Positions 12,185 to 25,137 of a stretch of DNA of 64,000 nt are shown in pieces. A program made the translations under genes and the position numbers. Every line of letters starts with the position of its first letter. Position 1 is the stretch's first letter. This DNA is from Octopus sinensis. Its lineage: Eukaryota. The stretch spans positions 113,708,001 to 113,772,000 of the forward strand of contig NC_043003.1 in NCBI RefSeq assembly GCF_006345805.1, written 5' to 3'. Under the pieces are notes generated by a model. It did not search any database and was not told where the DNA came from. It saw nothing but the letters and a program-made list of their open reading frames with translations.

Positions 12185-12487
12185 TTTTTTTTTTTGCTGT
12201 TTGTTCCTTCTCGAGCCATAAGGGCCAGTTTCCCGGTTTCTTGGCATATAAGTTCCCTACCTGGACGGGACTCCGGTCCATCACAAGTCAGCTGCAAGAT
12301 GCAGGAGGAAAGAGTGAGAGAAAGTTGTGGTGAAAGAGTCAGCAGAAGTTTCGCCATTACCTTCTGCCGGAGCCATGTGGAGCTTAGCTGTTTCGCTCAT
12401 AAACACACACATCGTCCAGTCTGAGATTCGAACCTGCGATCCCTCGGCCGCGAGTCTGCTGCTCTAACCACTAGCCCATGTGCCTCC
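12185..12487 (-). mobile_element. tRNA-derived SINE family C, tail type V, with 13-bp TSD
   Basis: Head GGAGGCACATGG.CTAGTGGTTAGAGCAGC..GGTTCGAATCTC; TSD ACCATGGTAGAGT at 12172-12184 and 12488-12500; homologous to 58889-59205. Confidence 0.85.
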
Positions 12488-12736
12488 ACCATGGTAGAGT
12501 AAGAACCTATCAACATTGTCATCATTCAACATCCACTTTTGCATGCTTTCATGCATCAGATGGAATTTGGTGAGGTATATTTTCCATGTCCTTCTAGTTC
12601 CCAGCCCTTACTGTCTCAAAGGAAAGTAATGTTTCCTCATGGCCCGGCATACCTACCGACCCCTCTCTGAAGTAGGTAGGAAGGTAGATATGCCTCTCTA
12701 CTAATCACACTTTGTATAAAGAAATGTTATCAGTAT

Positions 12737-12916
12737 ATTTGGCACGTAAAAAGCACCCACTACACTCACGGAGTGGTTGGCGTTAGGAAGGGCATCCAGC
12801 TGTAGAAACACTGCCAGATCAGACTGGAGCCTGGTGCAGCCCTCTGGCTTCCCAGACCCCAGTCTAACCGTCCAACCAGTGCTAGCATGGAAAACGGACA
12901 TTAAACGATAATGATG
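12737..12916 (+). mobile_element. Truncated RTE-type LINE 3' end (family D)
   Basis: GGCACGTAAAAAGCACCCACTACACTCACGGAGTGGTTGGCGTTAGGAAGGGCATCCAGC...GGACATTAAACGATAATGATG. Confidence 0.75.
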
Positions 12917-13565
12917 TTGTTCTATGCGTCCATGGGTCAGACAATTTGTTGAAACACATTTTCAATAGCAAGGAGCCTTGCCTGTTCCAAACCCTCACCG
13001 TTTTCTAAGCAAGCTAATCTTTCCCCTTTCTGTGCTACATATAGCTCCTTCTTTTTCATATTTTACAATTTGATTTTGTATTAGATTTAGTTGCTATTTC
13101 TAGCATGCTGAGCAACCACATAAATGCTGCTCATTTGCTTGTTTTAGTCAACCCATATGCCAGTGAAACATAGACAGGCAGCAGCACTTCATCAAATGAT
13201 CTTACTTGGGATGGACCAGTGTTGCACCAAATGTGTTCTTCTCCTCTCTTTCATAGAATGGAACCAGGAAGCAGTGACAGGAAGGACATTTATAGGTGAC
13301 TAGAACACCATGATTGTTAAAGCTAAAATGGATGATGATGATGATGATGATGGTGATGATGGCAGCAACAGCCCTGATTATATTTAATATGCTGTTAGTT
13401 ATAATCATAATAATGATGATGTCGATAACAATAATGGTTGCAATAATGGTATTTTAATGGCATTGATGATGGTAGTGATAGCCATGAAGAAGATGGCTTT
13501 GTATTATGGCAACATCAGTAATAAGAATGAGGAACGATGGTTAGGTTTCAGAAAAAGCAGAAGAG
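12917..13565. repeat. ~650-bp segment, near-identical inverted copy of 25610-26270
   Basis: Base-by-base reverse-complement match with about a dozen substitutions by eye plus a length difference in the (GAT)n tract. Confidence 0.9.
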
Positions 13566-14534
13566 GAAGTTTCCACCTAGTAAATCCACGCAAAAGGCTT
13601 TGGTCAGCATGAGGCTATAGCAGATGACACTTGGTCAAGGTGCCACAGAGTGGGACTGAACATGACATTACAGCTTTGGGAACCAAGTGTCTTAACCACA
13701 GAGACTTGACTACATGTGTGTATGTTTATGTAAAACACTTGTAGAAACAAGCAAATATATACATCTCCATGTTTACAGATGTACACGCACACACACGCGC
13801 GCGTGCGTGCGTGCGCGTGATTGTGGATTTTCTTTCCTTATATTTTTAAATAAATAGAAATCCTTCTAGAACGCATAGGCAAATATTGTAAGAAGGAGAT
13901 TTGTATGATTTATGTATTGAATTCAATTGCTCATTTCAAATGCATAATATGTTTGCATCCGAGTATTGAAGCAACTGCAGGCTATTTCACCAATACTGTT
14001 TGTGCAATGCATTTTCTGTTATTGTGAAGTTTACAATATTCATGGGGACAAGTGTCTTCTAAGTGACATACATCAGGTGTAATTGTTATTGATATTTAGA
14101 TTTTATTATTAGCAGTCGCATTTATGCATGCTGTGTTTAAACGGCTGCGTATGTAAGTCTGGATGCATTTATTTGCACGTCACCTGCATGTGTGAGTGTG
14201 TGTATGTTTATTTGCATGTTTTCTCATCTGCAAGGCAGATATTTTTACTTGTACTCAGCAGTCAGGCTGGTGCCAGACATATTAGTGTGTTCTCTGCTGG
14301 AATACTGGCATGCTGGGAATGGAGCAAGCGAGAGAAAGAGAGGTGGGTTCTGGTGCTTTGGCAACACAAGATTTCCATAGAAACCTACTCCAAACCATAA
14401 CTATGGATGCACATCTCATTGTCTTATTTTGACACATGACTGCAGCTGTCACACATTTTCTTTCTCTCTTCCATCACCTCATTTCTCTCTCTTTCAAATA
14501 TATATATATACACACACACATATATATGAAACAA

Positions 14535-14578
<44 letters not shown>

Positions 14579-14816
14579 TATATATATGAAACAATGTGTG
14601 TAAACAATGATGACACACACACACATCACCACTACCATCATCATCATCATCATTATCATCATCAACAAGAACAACATTATTATCAGCAGCAGCAGCAACA
14701 TCATTTAATGTCTGTGTTTTCCATGCTGGCATGGGTTGGATGATTTGACAGGAGCCAAAGAGCCAGGGGACTGTGCCAATCTTTAATGGCTCTTCAATAT
14801 ACAAACATACATTATA

Positions 14817-14885
<69 letters not shown>

Positions 14886-15021
14886 ACAGTAGTTGTCTAC
14901 TCTACTCCTCTATGCAGTGTTTGACCACCTCCTGTACCTAAGTCTTAGAACCATCATGGCATCTGATGTGGCTTCTTAAACCGGCCAATATTTTGAAAAG
15001 ACATCCACATAGATTGTATAT

Positions 15022-15305
15022 CTAATTTGGACCAGCAAGAGCAGCAGATAAGTTCTGATCTTGGTGGATCTTAAAATGTCTTTTGAGGCCTCTGCAGACC
15101 TTCTGGTATACATTGCACTGAAAGGTATGCACAGACATATAGGCAGAACAGTTGGTGGAAGTTCGTTTTCCATGGGTTCTCAGATAAGATTTAAACCCAG
15201 CAAAAGAAGGGCATGGTCTGTCACAATCTGTGCACACGTAAAGGTCATTGTGATTCACCTTCTCGATCGTAACATTTTTATTTAAATCTCTCTTGAGTCT
15301 TACAA
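15022..15305 (-). mobile_element. Decayed LINE ORF2 C-terminus with two C2H2-like zinc fingers (probably RTE clade)
   Basis: YVCTDCDRPCPSFAGFKSYLRTH and FQCNVYQKVCRGLKRHFKIH; metal ligands partly mutated; no splice signals. RTE ORF2s commonly end in a CxxC..GLxSHxRxH motif. Confidence 0.5.
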
Positions 15306-15858
15306 AGTGTGTATGTGTATATATATATATTAATATATATATATATATATATATACATTGTTGTATTTCAGGATGGTCATTCTCTTTTTTTTTGTGGGGG
15401 GGGGGACAAATAAACACACGTACTATATAAACATTCTTCACTTGTTTATTACTGTTTTTGGTCACACATTTGTGACCTCCTCAGCAATAGTTTTCACCTT
15501 CATGTGTACTCTTGTATATATATATCATCATCATCATCATCATCACTTAATGACTGTTGTCCATGCAGTCATTGGTTGGACGGCTTGACTGAGCTGGTAT
15601 GCTGGAAGGTTGTGCCAAACTCCAGTCTAATTTGGCATAGGTTTCTATGGTTAAGCAATAAAACTACCCGAATTCCCTCAGCCACAAAAATAGGGGTAGA
15701 GGGTCACAGCAATAATGGAGCCAATGTAAATAAATATCATGCAATAACTCTACCACAGAGCAAAATTTGAAATTAGACCCCAAAAAATAAATTATCCATA
15801 ATGACAGCAGCAGAAAATCAACAATAACAGTAAAGGTCTTGTAACAAGTAGTAAATGT

Positions 15859-15893
<35 letters not shown>

Positions 15894-16464
15894 CACGCAC
15901 GCACACTCAAGTGGCTGAAGTATTAAAATTAGTACACTTGCAGTAAAAGCAATTGCTACCGCTAAAGAAGAAATACATTCAAAAACCATTTATTGTATTT
16001 ATTTAGATGTTTCTTTTCCTTTATTTGTTTGCTTTCTTACACCACACAAGACGAAATAAGTGGAAAGTTTTCACAAATGTCACTGGTTAGTTTCTTTAGC
16101 ATTTTGATTTCATTTTGGCTTGTAACAGGAAAAAAAAATATAAAAGATTTCTATAGACTGAAATAGAATTTCAAGACCAAGTGTTTTTAAGTTTGGTTTC
16201 ATGGTGAGAAGTAGATGAGAGATAAATCTGTCTTGAATTTGATAACAATCTGTTACAGTTAACAATTATATGATACCTATTCTCAGTAGTTAACATGAAA
16301 CACAGTAAATCAGAATAAAGTGTTATGTCCAAAAACACAATATAAAAATAAAGTATGCCACCCAGAAACACAATAACACCCCAACAGTAATTTCAGACCT
16401 TAAGGCTTTGAGTGTGTGTGTGTGTATACAGAGAGGGAGTAGGAGAGCGAGAAAGAGAGAGACA

Positions 16465-17255
16465 TAAAATAGAGGACAACTGGAAGTTCCTACTGAGGGT
16501 AACAGACCAAATTTGTTAGAGCAAAGCCTCTGCCAGACCAAGGGTGATATGGTGGTGGAACAGTGACGTTGACAGGGTCACAAAAGAGAAGAGACAGGTC
16601 TGGAAAGAATGGAAAAGAAGGCCTAGCAAAAGGTCATATTGGCAGTCTAAAAGGGAGACTAGACATCAGGTTTAGGTTTATCTAGAAGTAGAAAAGAAGA
16701 GATTTGCCAAAGTCCTACAACATGAAGATCAGAGACTTGAAGTGTTCTGGATTGCTAGACAGTGTGTCAGTGAGAATCAAGATATTTGTCGGAGAGGAGT
16801 GCATGCAGATGGATAATGGGATGCTTGCACTCAGTGATGTGGACAAGAATGCAGCATGGGAAAGTCACTATGCGAGACTGTTGAATGTAGAGAATGAATG
16901 GGACAAAGAAAGTCTCCCACATGTGACCCCAAACAGAGGGATAAGCTATCCTAGTGGGCAGCAGTATGACAGATAAGGCAATTAAAACATGAAAACTTGT
17001 AAAAAAACCCTTGGTCTGTCTGGTGATGTAGGGTACGGGTTAGTTACCTGCATAATCAATCAGGTCATTGAGGAAGGTGTAATACCCAAGGGCAGGTGTA
17101 GCAGCATAATTGTTAGCTGCTATAAGGGCAAGGGTGATGCTTTAGAGAGAAGCAATTATAAAGGTATCAAACTCCTGGACCAGGTGATGAAAATTATGGA
17201 AAGGGTTATAAGCCAATTAGTTAGAAGCAGAATTAGGCCAGATGAAATGCAAATA
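16465..17255 (+). mobile_element. RTE-clade LINE ORF2 internal fragment (between endonuclease and RT), frameshifted
   Basis: WWWNSDVDR, AWESHYARLLNVENEW, CYKGKGDALERSNYKGIKLLDQVMKIMERVI..DEMQ resemble the pre-RT segment of RTE elements. Confidence 0.8.
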
Positions 17256-18088
17256 TGTTTCCTTGGCTATGTAAGAACAAATTCTATAAAAAATGAAAAC
17301 AAGAGAGCTAAGTGTCTATAGACTTAGAGATGGTAAATAAGCTCATATAGACATATAATAGGAATGGTGTTATGTCTCTGTGTAAATTGGCTGAGAGCTG
17401 AAAATACTAAAGGCAAGAGAAGCAAACACAAGTGAAATTTCATAAAATTGAACTTTCATAAATGAAATGACACAAGAATGACAAGATGGATTCTTTCCTC
17501 AAAACTTATTCAGCTATCACTAACGTGGAGAAGTGAGCTTTGAAATTAAAGTATACACATGCATACACACACACAAACACAAATAAGAAAACGGAGTAAT
17601 GAAAAAGCAACAGCAGTTGTATTCAAAAAAGCAACTACGTAGATATGTTTATATACAAAACAAGCCTGTATCACACATCATATTGTTTATTCACCCCAAG
17701 AGTGTATCCTTAAAATGACATGTTTGATAGGCAATATATAAAAAAAAAAATTAATAAAAAAATCGAGATAAAAGATGAGACAGTACAAAAAAAGTAGTAT
17801 GAAATGTAAGAGAAGTGACTCCTAAAGCAATTATCATGAAAAAAGAGTAAATAATGAAGAAGATATATTCTATGCAAAATGTTATTTTAATATTGCCATA
17901 TATTTTCACATAATGCTGGAATAACGGAGAAAGATATTTACAATATAATGAATTATGCAAAATAACTGCAAGCAAGAAATAACTATGGAATACCATCATC
18001 TTCTCAGAAACCAAGATGAAAGAATCAGCAAGTGAAGACAAGAAACACTTCTATGTATACATGTATATACAGCTCAGATTAATGCATG

Positions 18089-18119
<31 letters not shown>

Positions 18120-18235
18120 GTATATATATACATATATATATATATATACACACATGTATATATACCATATACATATATGCACATGTAACATCCATATACA
18201 TATGTAGACATACATACATTCCTGTACAAGGTCGT

Positions 18236-18614
18236 GGCACTCTGTCGGTTATGATGACAAGGGTTCCATTTGATCCGATCAACGGAACAGCCTGCTCGTG
18301 AAATTAACGTGCAAATGGCTGAGTACTCCACAGACACATATATCCTCAACATAGTTCTCAGAGAGATTCAGCGTGACACAGAGTGTGACAAAGCTGGCCC
18401 TTTGAAATACAGGTACAACAGAAACAGGAAGAAACAGTGAGAGAAGGATGTGGTGAAAGAGTACAGCAGGGTTTGCCACCACCCACTGCTGGAGCTTCAT
18501 GAAGCTTTGGGTGTTTTTCTCAATAAACACTCACAATACCTGGTCTGGGAATCGAAACTGTGATCCCATGACCATGAGTCCGCTGCCCTAACCGCTGGGC
18601 CATTGTGCCTCCAC
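18236..18614 (-). mobile_element. SINE family C, tail type 1
   Basis: Same head as 41287 and 23587; tail ...AATTTCACGAGCAGGCTGTTCCGTTGATCGG...; homologous to 23201-23587. Confidence 0.8.
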
Positions 18615-19726
18615 TCTTGTACATATATAAATACACACACTTACAGGAAGAGGTAGAGGTATGAGTTTGTGACTTAGAAGACCATGCCAGATTCGTGGGA
18701 TTTCAGGGTCATTATCATTGTGCGGCACTTTGGGTCAGTGACTTGTACAATAGCCTGAGGGTGACCAATACCTTCTGTGTGACTTTGGTATATGGAAACA
18801 GCATGAAGCCCATCATATGTCTTATAATGGTTATCAGCATTCTGGCATTTATTTTCTTACATGTTTACACGTATTAAATGAAATTTGGTGGGGCAGATTT
18901 TCTATGTTCAGATGCCCTCTTTGTAAACAGCTCTTACCTGCTTCCAAGTGACCCTGGGGTCAGACAAATTTTCATGAAAGATTGGAAACAAACAATACTT
19001 TATGTATGGCAGTGACACTTACATACAATTATCAGGTAATCTCAAAACAAGATGATACAAGCATACATACATGCACACACACACACACACAAGCGCATAT
19101 ACATATATATACACATATATAAACAGAGTTCTTTCAGATTCTATCCACCAAATGTAGTCATAAGGCTTTGTTCAGCTCAGGGCAATAAAAGAAGGCCCTT
19201 GTGCAAGGTGACAAGCAGTGTGACTGAACTTGAAACCATGGGGCTGGAAATTAAAGCCTTTTAACCGCGCCACCATACCTGCACTTACATATATGTGCAT
19301 ATTTGTGCCAATGTGTGTGTGTGTAAATATGTATGAACGTTATTTCCCTAGTCACTGCTTGGGTGAAACTATGGTGGTGGTCACATTCTTTGTAAAAAAA
19401 TTGCAACCAGTCACTTTGTGCTTTTCAAGACCTGTGGAATAGAAAAAAAAAACCCTTTCTTGAAAAACTGATAAGGGTTGGTGACAGGACGAGCATCTGC
19501 ATGAATCCTACCTCGAACCAATTCCCATTCAAGCTATGCTGGTACAGAAAACCAATGTTAAACAGATGATGCACACACACACACGTTTGTGTGTGTGCCC
19601 AGTGCATATGTATTTGTGTGTGCACATGCAAACAATTTCATATTCACAATATGTAAACTAATTTTTTTTTCAAATAGAAAAAAAAAATTGTACGCATAAA
19701 TTCTTTTTTTTTTTTTTCCTACTTAC

Positions 19727-19904
19727 CTAAACCAGACAATTTTTTGTCATGGTGTGCGATTTTAACTTCCTCGTAGGGACGAAGGTTATCATCCGAGTGA
19801 AAATCTTCATCTGAAGAGCTGTAAGTTCTGCTTCCCGAATTTTTGGCTCGGCGTGCCCTGTGAGTTCGAGACTCCCTATTTTTACTCTTAGAATTGCCAT
19901 CCAT
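19727..19904 (-). CDS. Probable first coding segment of an unidentified minus-strand gene (MDGNSKSKNRESRTHRARRAKNSGSRTYSSSDEDFHSDDNLRPYEEVKIAHHDKKLSGL, phase-1 donor)
   Basis: Non-repetitive, protein-like ORF; donor TTTAG|GTAAGT at 19727/19726; in-frame TAA ends 15 nt upstream of the ATG; strong acceptor upstream. Confidence 0.7.
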
Positions 19905-20002
19905 TATGAAATAGTAATATTATCTCTTGGTTGGTTTCATTTGTAGATTTTTTTTAGTTCATATCCGACTTGGTAATTAAATGTCGGTTGCAAATCACAG
20001 CT
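19905..20002 (-). other. 5'UTR portion of the same exon (acceptor at 20002)
   Basis: Acceptor TTCTCCCTTCTTTCCACAG| on the minus strand; contains uORFs ATG AAC TAA and ATG AAA CCA ACC AAG AGA TAA. Confidence 0.6.
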
Positions 20003-20269
20003 CTGTGGAAAGAAGGGAGAATGTTGATAAATAAGTATACATTTGCATATAACTGGAAAGACCATATAACATGGTCTTCAATACAAAATAGTAAGGAAGT
20101 ATCAATTCAGAAAAAATACAGTGTAACATACTTTAGACACTAACCAGGATATTTTCTAATCTTTTTTTTCTGAATGACAAGGGTCTGAGAGCCATAGAAT
20201 AAACCCACTCATAGCCATGAGTGGTGTAAGTGTTTATGGATGAAAGATGATGATGATGACAATAATGAT

Positions 20270-20500
20270 AATAATAATAATAGTAATAATAATCCTTTAT
20301 ATTATAGGCACAAGTCCTGGAATTTGAGGGGAGGGGGATAGTAGTTCACATCCACCTCAGTATTTCACTGGTTCTTAAATTTATCAACCTTGAAAGGATG
20401 AAAGGTAAAGTCAACCTCAGTAGAATTTGAACTCAGAACATAGCAATGAGTAAAATACTGCTAAGCAGTGTGCTAAAGATTTTGCCAGTTCACTGCTTTA
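20270..20500 (-). mobile_element. SINE family B' (old) between (TAA)n tracts
   Basis: Same motifs as the 6955-7670 array. Confidence 0.65.
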
Positions 20501-20519
20501 ATAATAATAATAATAATTT

Positions 20520-20790
20520 TTTTTTTTCCAATTCAATTTTTATTGGCTCAAAAAGCAAAAGCAAGGCCATGTAGGGGGACAGGGAGTTATGTACAGGGAG
20601 GGAGGTCATACAAAGAGTTCAGGCCATTTCTGGTCAAGAGAGACTTTGAACCGAGTGGTTGTTGGCATCTTCACTATCTCGTCGAGCAGCTTCTTCCATG
20701 GATCCACAACCCGGACAGAGAAAGCCCCTCTCCTTCGATTAAGATGGATAATAGTTTCAAATTTTTGGCACAGGGCCAACAGTTTTTTAC
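20520..20790 (-). mobile_element. CR1/L2-type LINE 3' end
   Basis: HLNRRRGAFSVRVVDPWKKLLDEIVKMPTTTRFKVSLDQKW matches the CR1-group C-terminal RVVxxWNxLP..FKxxLD motif; followed by a short UTR, AATAAA and an A-run. Confidence 0.8.
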
Positions 20791-21152
20791 GGGTAGGGGA
20801 AAGTTTTATTACATTGACTGGTACGTATTTCATTAACGCCGAAAGGATGAAAGTCTGAGTCAATCTTGGTGGAATTTGAACTCAGAACACAAAGACAGAC
20901 AAAATGCAACTGAGCAGAAGAAAAAGAACCAGAAGAAAAACTGCAAGCCCTTTTCCCCAATAATAGAATTTCCTTATTCACTAATTACAAAATCCTTACG
21001 AAGCTTTGTAGCTACTGTTGATACTACAAGACTTCTCAAGCAGTTTTAATCCCAAAATTATTTCAGTCGATAATATTCTGATATCTCCATGTAATTGCCT
21101 CTTTCCTCTCAAAAACCTACAATATTCAAGGCTGGTGTTAAAGCATTATTAA

Positions 21153-21373
21153 CCCTTTCGTTACCGTATTTATTTTGAGATGCTCTGTGTTTCTTTCAAT
21201 TACTTTGAATATAACAAAGAATTTAGTAAAATAACTTAGTTATCATTCAACTAGTGTTACGAACATAAATTGTGACTAAGGTTTGGTGGAAGATTTTACT
21301 TCAAGACTTATGAAAACAAGACATTTGTACTACAGAGCCAGTGCCGGTTTCAGCCGGGTTGGTCACGAAAGGG
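21153..21373. mobile_element. piggyBac-like MITE (221 bp)
   Basis: TTAA|CCCTTTCGTTACC...GGTCACGAAAGGG|TTAA; second copy at 58101-58321. Confidence 0.85.
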
Positions 21374-22369
21374 TTAAAGAACAAACTAATCTTAGGATAC
21401 TACTGCATCTCAGGAAGCATTACTATATAATGTAGCACCTAAGCCTAATAAATAGTTGAATTCAATGCATAGAATTAAATGAAATAGACAATAAAATCCT
21501 TAAATGATGTACAGAATGGGGAGTTAAAAATATTTCCCAATAAATTTTGATCTAAATAATTTGTTTTTAATATTTTAGTAGAAAGGGAAATGTGACTTGT
21601 GAAACTTTTAAATCATCAAGAACATAACATCAAGACCAGTAAATGTCTTTAAAACAAGTGTGGTAAAAATGGTTCGAAGTTGGCTTAATGACAATGAAAT
21701 TACACTGCTAAATTGGATATTTGACCAGCAAGCATAATGGCCATTCTAAAATCTATGTAACATTAACCATGCACACACATACACTGACTCACATACACAG
21801 GAGTGTGCATATATAATGTTACATGATGAGTTTAAAGTATGACTCACTGAAGGCACACAGCCAAATATAACCAGCCAACAAGACCTGTTTTACTAATTCT
21901 GGAAATTGCATACATTACATAATTACCTGTTGATAGATTCCCAATTACACTGTTGCAAATTAACAAGTAACTAATAGTTGTTTGTTACTATAAATACTAC
22001 TGCAAAAAGCATTGCCTCTATCGCATTCAATAACAATAAATAAATGTATATTGGTAGTTGATGCTAACAAAAAGACTATAGTTACATGGAAAAAACTTGA
22101 AAGAAAGGACACAAAAACCACAGAAATAACAGATGATGCTATTTGGCGTATATTGGTCTAGCACAAATAATGTAATATTTACTTTTATATTAATATTTAA
22201 TTTCTGTTTTACTTGTGGAATACATGCAATTAGTTGGCCTTGGCAGGAAATTTTCCAAAACTCATCACCAAATCACATCACTTTGAAAGGAAATGAATGA
22301 ACACATGTAACTGTGAAAATGATAAAAGTCTAAGTCAGTTTGTTTGCATCAAAGGTGTGCTGTATTACA

Positions 22370-22598
22370 CGGCGAGCTGGCAGAGTTGTTAGCATGCCGG
22401 GTGAAATGCTTAGCCGTATTTCGTCTGCTGTTTCATTCTGAGTTCTAATTCCGCCAAGGTCGACTTTACCGTTTATCCTTTCGGGGTCGATAAATTAAGT
22501 ACCAGTTACGCACTGGGGTCGATATAATCGATTTGATCTGTCTGTCTGTCCTTGTTTGTCGTCTCTGTGTTTAGCCCCTTGTGGGTAGTAAAGAAATA
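22370..22598 (+). mobile_element. tRNA-derived SINE family B
   Basis: GGCGAGCTGGCAGA.. head, GAGTTC.AATTC B-box-like motif, CCTTTCGGGGTCGATAAATTAAGTACCAG body, GTGGGTAGTAAAGAAATA tail. Confidence 0.85.
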
Positions 22599-22699
22599 TG
22601 TATTACATGGACACAATGTAATAGCACACCTTTGATGCAAGTCTTATGAAGTGCCGCTCCAATGTCTAAAACCACAAATATTACATGAACTTTCATGCG

Positions 22700-22865
22700 T
22701 AGGAGTGTCTGTGTGATATGTAGCTTGCTTACAAACCACATGGTTTCGGGCTCAGTCCCACTGCGTGGCACCTTGGGCAAGTGTCTTCTGCTATAGCCTC
22801 AGGCCGACCAAAGCCTTGTGAGTGGATTTGGTAGACGGAAACTAAAAGAAGCCCGTCGTATATAT
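22700..22865 (+). mobile_element. SINE family A, 5' half only
   Basis: Head through GAAGCCCGTCGTATATA, then unrelated sequence. Confidence 0.75.
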
Positions 22866-23200
22866 GTATTTGCCTATCAAATGAACAACAAGTTAGTTTG
22901 GTTAAATAAGTCAACAACACCACATTTATTCTTGCTGTTTATTCTTAAAACCAGCCCAGTTGAACTAGAACCAATGGATCAGAGGTAATCTAGCCATGGC
23001 CATCCCATCTTCACTGATGAAGATTATCTCAAAACTACATCATTCAATATGTCTTTCAAGTTCATGAAGTTGCTATGGAGATACCGGGTAGAAATTCTGC
23101 AGGTCAAGATCCTCAATGGACTCTCCTACTGTTATCAACAAACTTTAGTCTCACATGTTAAGATTTGGAAATTGTGGTCTACGAAACAGACATCTATACT

Positions 23201-23587
23201 GTGGAAGCACTCTGTCGGTTACGACGACGAGGGTTCCGGTTGATCCGAATCAACGGAACAGCCTGCTCGTGAAATTAATGTGTAAGTGGCTGAGCACTCC
23301 ACAGACACGTGCACCCTTAACATAGTTCTCGGGGATATTCAGCGTGACACAGAGAGTGACAAGACCGGCCCTTTGAAATACAGGTACAACAGAAACAGGA
23401 AGTAAGAGTGAGAGAAAGTTGTGGTGAAAGAGTACAGCAGGGATCACCACCATCCCTGCCGGAGCCTCGTGGAGCTTTTAGGTGTTTTCGCTCAATAAAC
23501 GCTCACAATGCCCGGTCTGGGAATCGAAACCGCGATCCTATGACCGCGAGTCCGCTGCCCTAACCACTGGGCCATTGCGCCTCCACC
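23201..23587 (-). mobile_element. SINE family C, tail type 1, with 11-bp TSD
   Basis: TSD ACATCTATACT at 23190-23200 and 23588-23598. Confidence 0.85.
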
Positions 23588-24476
23588 ACATCTATACTAT
23601 AAGGTCTCTCAAATCAACCGCTTTCCATTTATTTATCATATCAACATCTCACTTAGTGTCATCTATTGCACTGATGTTTACACACTGATGTCTATCTAGT
23701 GGAAATCTCCAAGCTGTGATCTGAAAATTGTTGTCATTGTCCGCTTAATCGACATCTACTGACTGCAGTTATCACGAACAAATTGTAAGGTTGTTTGTAG
23801 TCACCTAGGTGGCAGCCTTGCTTGTCATGTATGAGTGTGAGTGAGTATAGCAGCTCAAATTAATGTGTTGAGGTGCATTCCTTCATGGTATATATGTTTA
23901 ATTAGTCATTTGATGAAGGAGAGGGAGAAAATAGCAGACAAAACAGGTGTTAGATGTCAATGATGCTTAACCGAAATGCATGAAGCCAGCGCCTCCAGCT
24001 TAGTGAGTGAGAAATGAATGAAACTAGTGAATGAATAAAAAAGAATCTACATCCTGTGCAGTGTTAAAACTAAACATTTATGCATGGATTAGTGAACCAA
24101 TAGCATGAATGTGGTGTGTGTGTGTGTGTAAGTGAGTGTGTGGGAAAGTGTTTTTATAAGCACAGAAAGTGTTTTTATAGCACAATAACGAACTCAATAC
24201 AAATGCAGTAAGTGTCTTGGGTTCTTAATAATTTTTATCAACAGTGACTTTAAAGTTCCTCCAAGTCTAGTATTTGTTCTGAGAATTTGATAAAAGTTTA
24301 CACTCATTAAAACGACTGCTAAATCCGTCAATAAAATAATTAATGGAGGTAGAGAGAGACAAAAAGAGAGAGAGATAAAGTGTGTATGTGTGTGTGTGTG
24401 GGTGGGTGTGTGTGTGGGTGGGTGTGTGTGTGGGTGGGTGTGTGGTATGCGTGCATGTGTGTGTCTAAAAACCTTG

Positions 24477-24889
24477 GGATCCTTTTGGTTTGAACGGCAG
24501 TTTTTAACATAATTTCTAGGTAACTAAAGAATTTTAAACTTCGTATACTGGTAGAATGTGTTTATAAAACATCTTTTTCTCTTGGCTTTATTGAGAAAAT
24601 CCTATAGTTTGTAAGATATTTGTTGTTGTTTTTTTCTTCAATTTCAACCAATCACTGACGTCTATTGAGGTAAAATACATTCTGTGCCGTATGGATATGC
24701 CCCTCGTTTAAGAAACAGATTGGGTTTATTTACATTTGTGAAGAAAAAAGATACCCTTCCCCCCACCCCTAACTAACCCGAACCCTAAAACAGATTGAAA
24801 TGCAATAGATTGATACTAGGGTCATAATTATGGGTGACATTTTCATATGATACTGCTAGAAAAAACTGCCGTTCAAACCGAAAAGATCC
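24477..24889. mobile_element. MITE with ~29-bp TIRs (GGATCTTTTCGGTTTGAACGGCAGTTTTT) and 8-bp TSD; Merlin-like
   Basis: TSD AAACCTTG at 24469-24476 and 24890-24897; homologues at 43134 and 62269. Superfamily inferred from GG termini plus 8-bp TSD. Confidence 0.85.
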
Positions 24890-25137
24890 AAACCTTGATA
24901 TACAACTTCCCTGTATCTGTTTCCAGTGCTACATATAGCTACATCACCCACCTGCAAACCATATTCTCCAGTGACCATCAAGTGACAGCTTCCCCTGTTT
25001 TAAAAAGGTCAAAATGCATCTACTATGATCCTGCTAAGTCTTTGAAATGCCTACCTTCATTGCCAGCAAGCAGATCAGCTGCACATTGGAGAGAGAGAGC
25101 AATGAAGGATTAAAAGTAGCAAAGCTATCTAAAAAAG

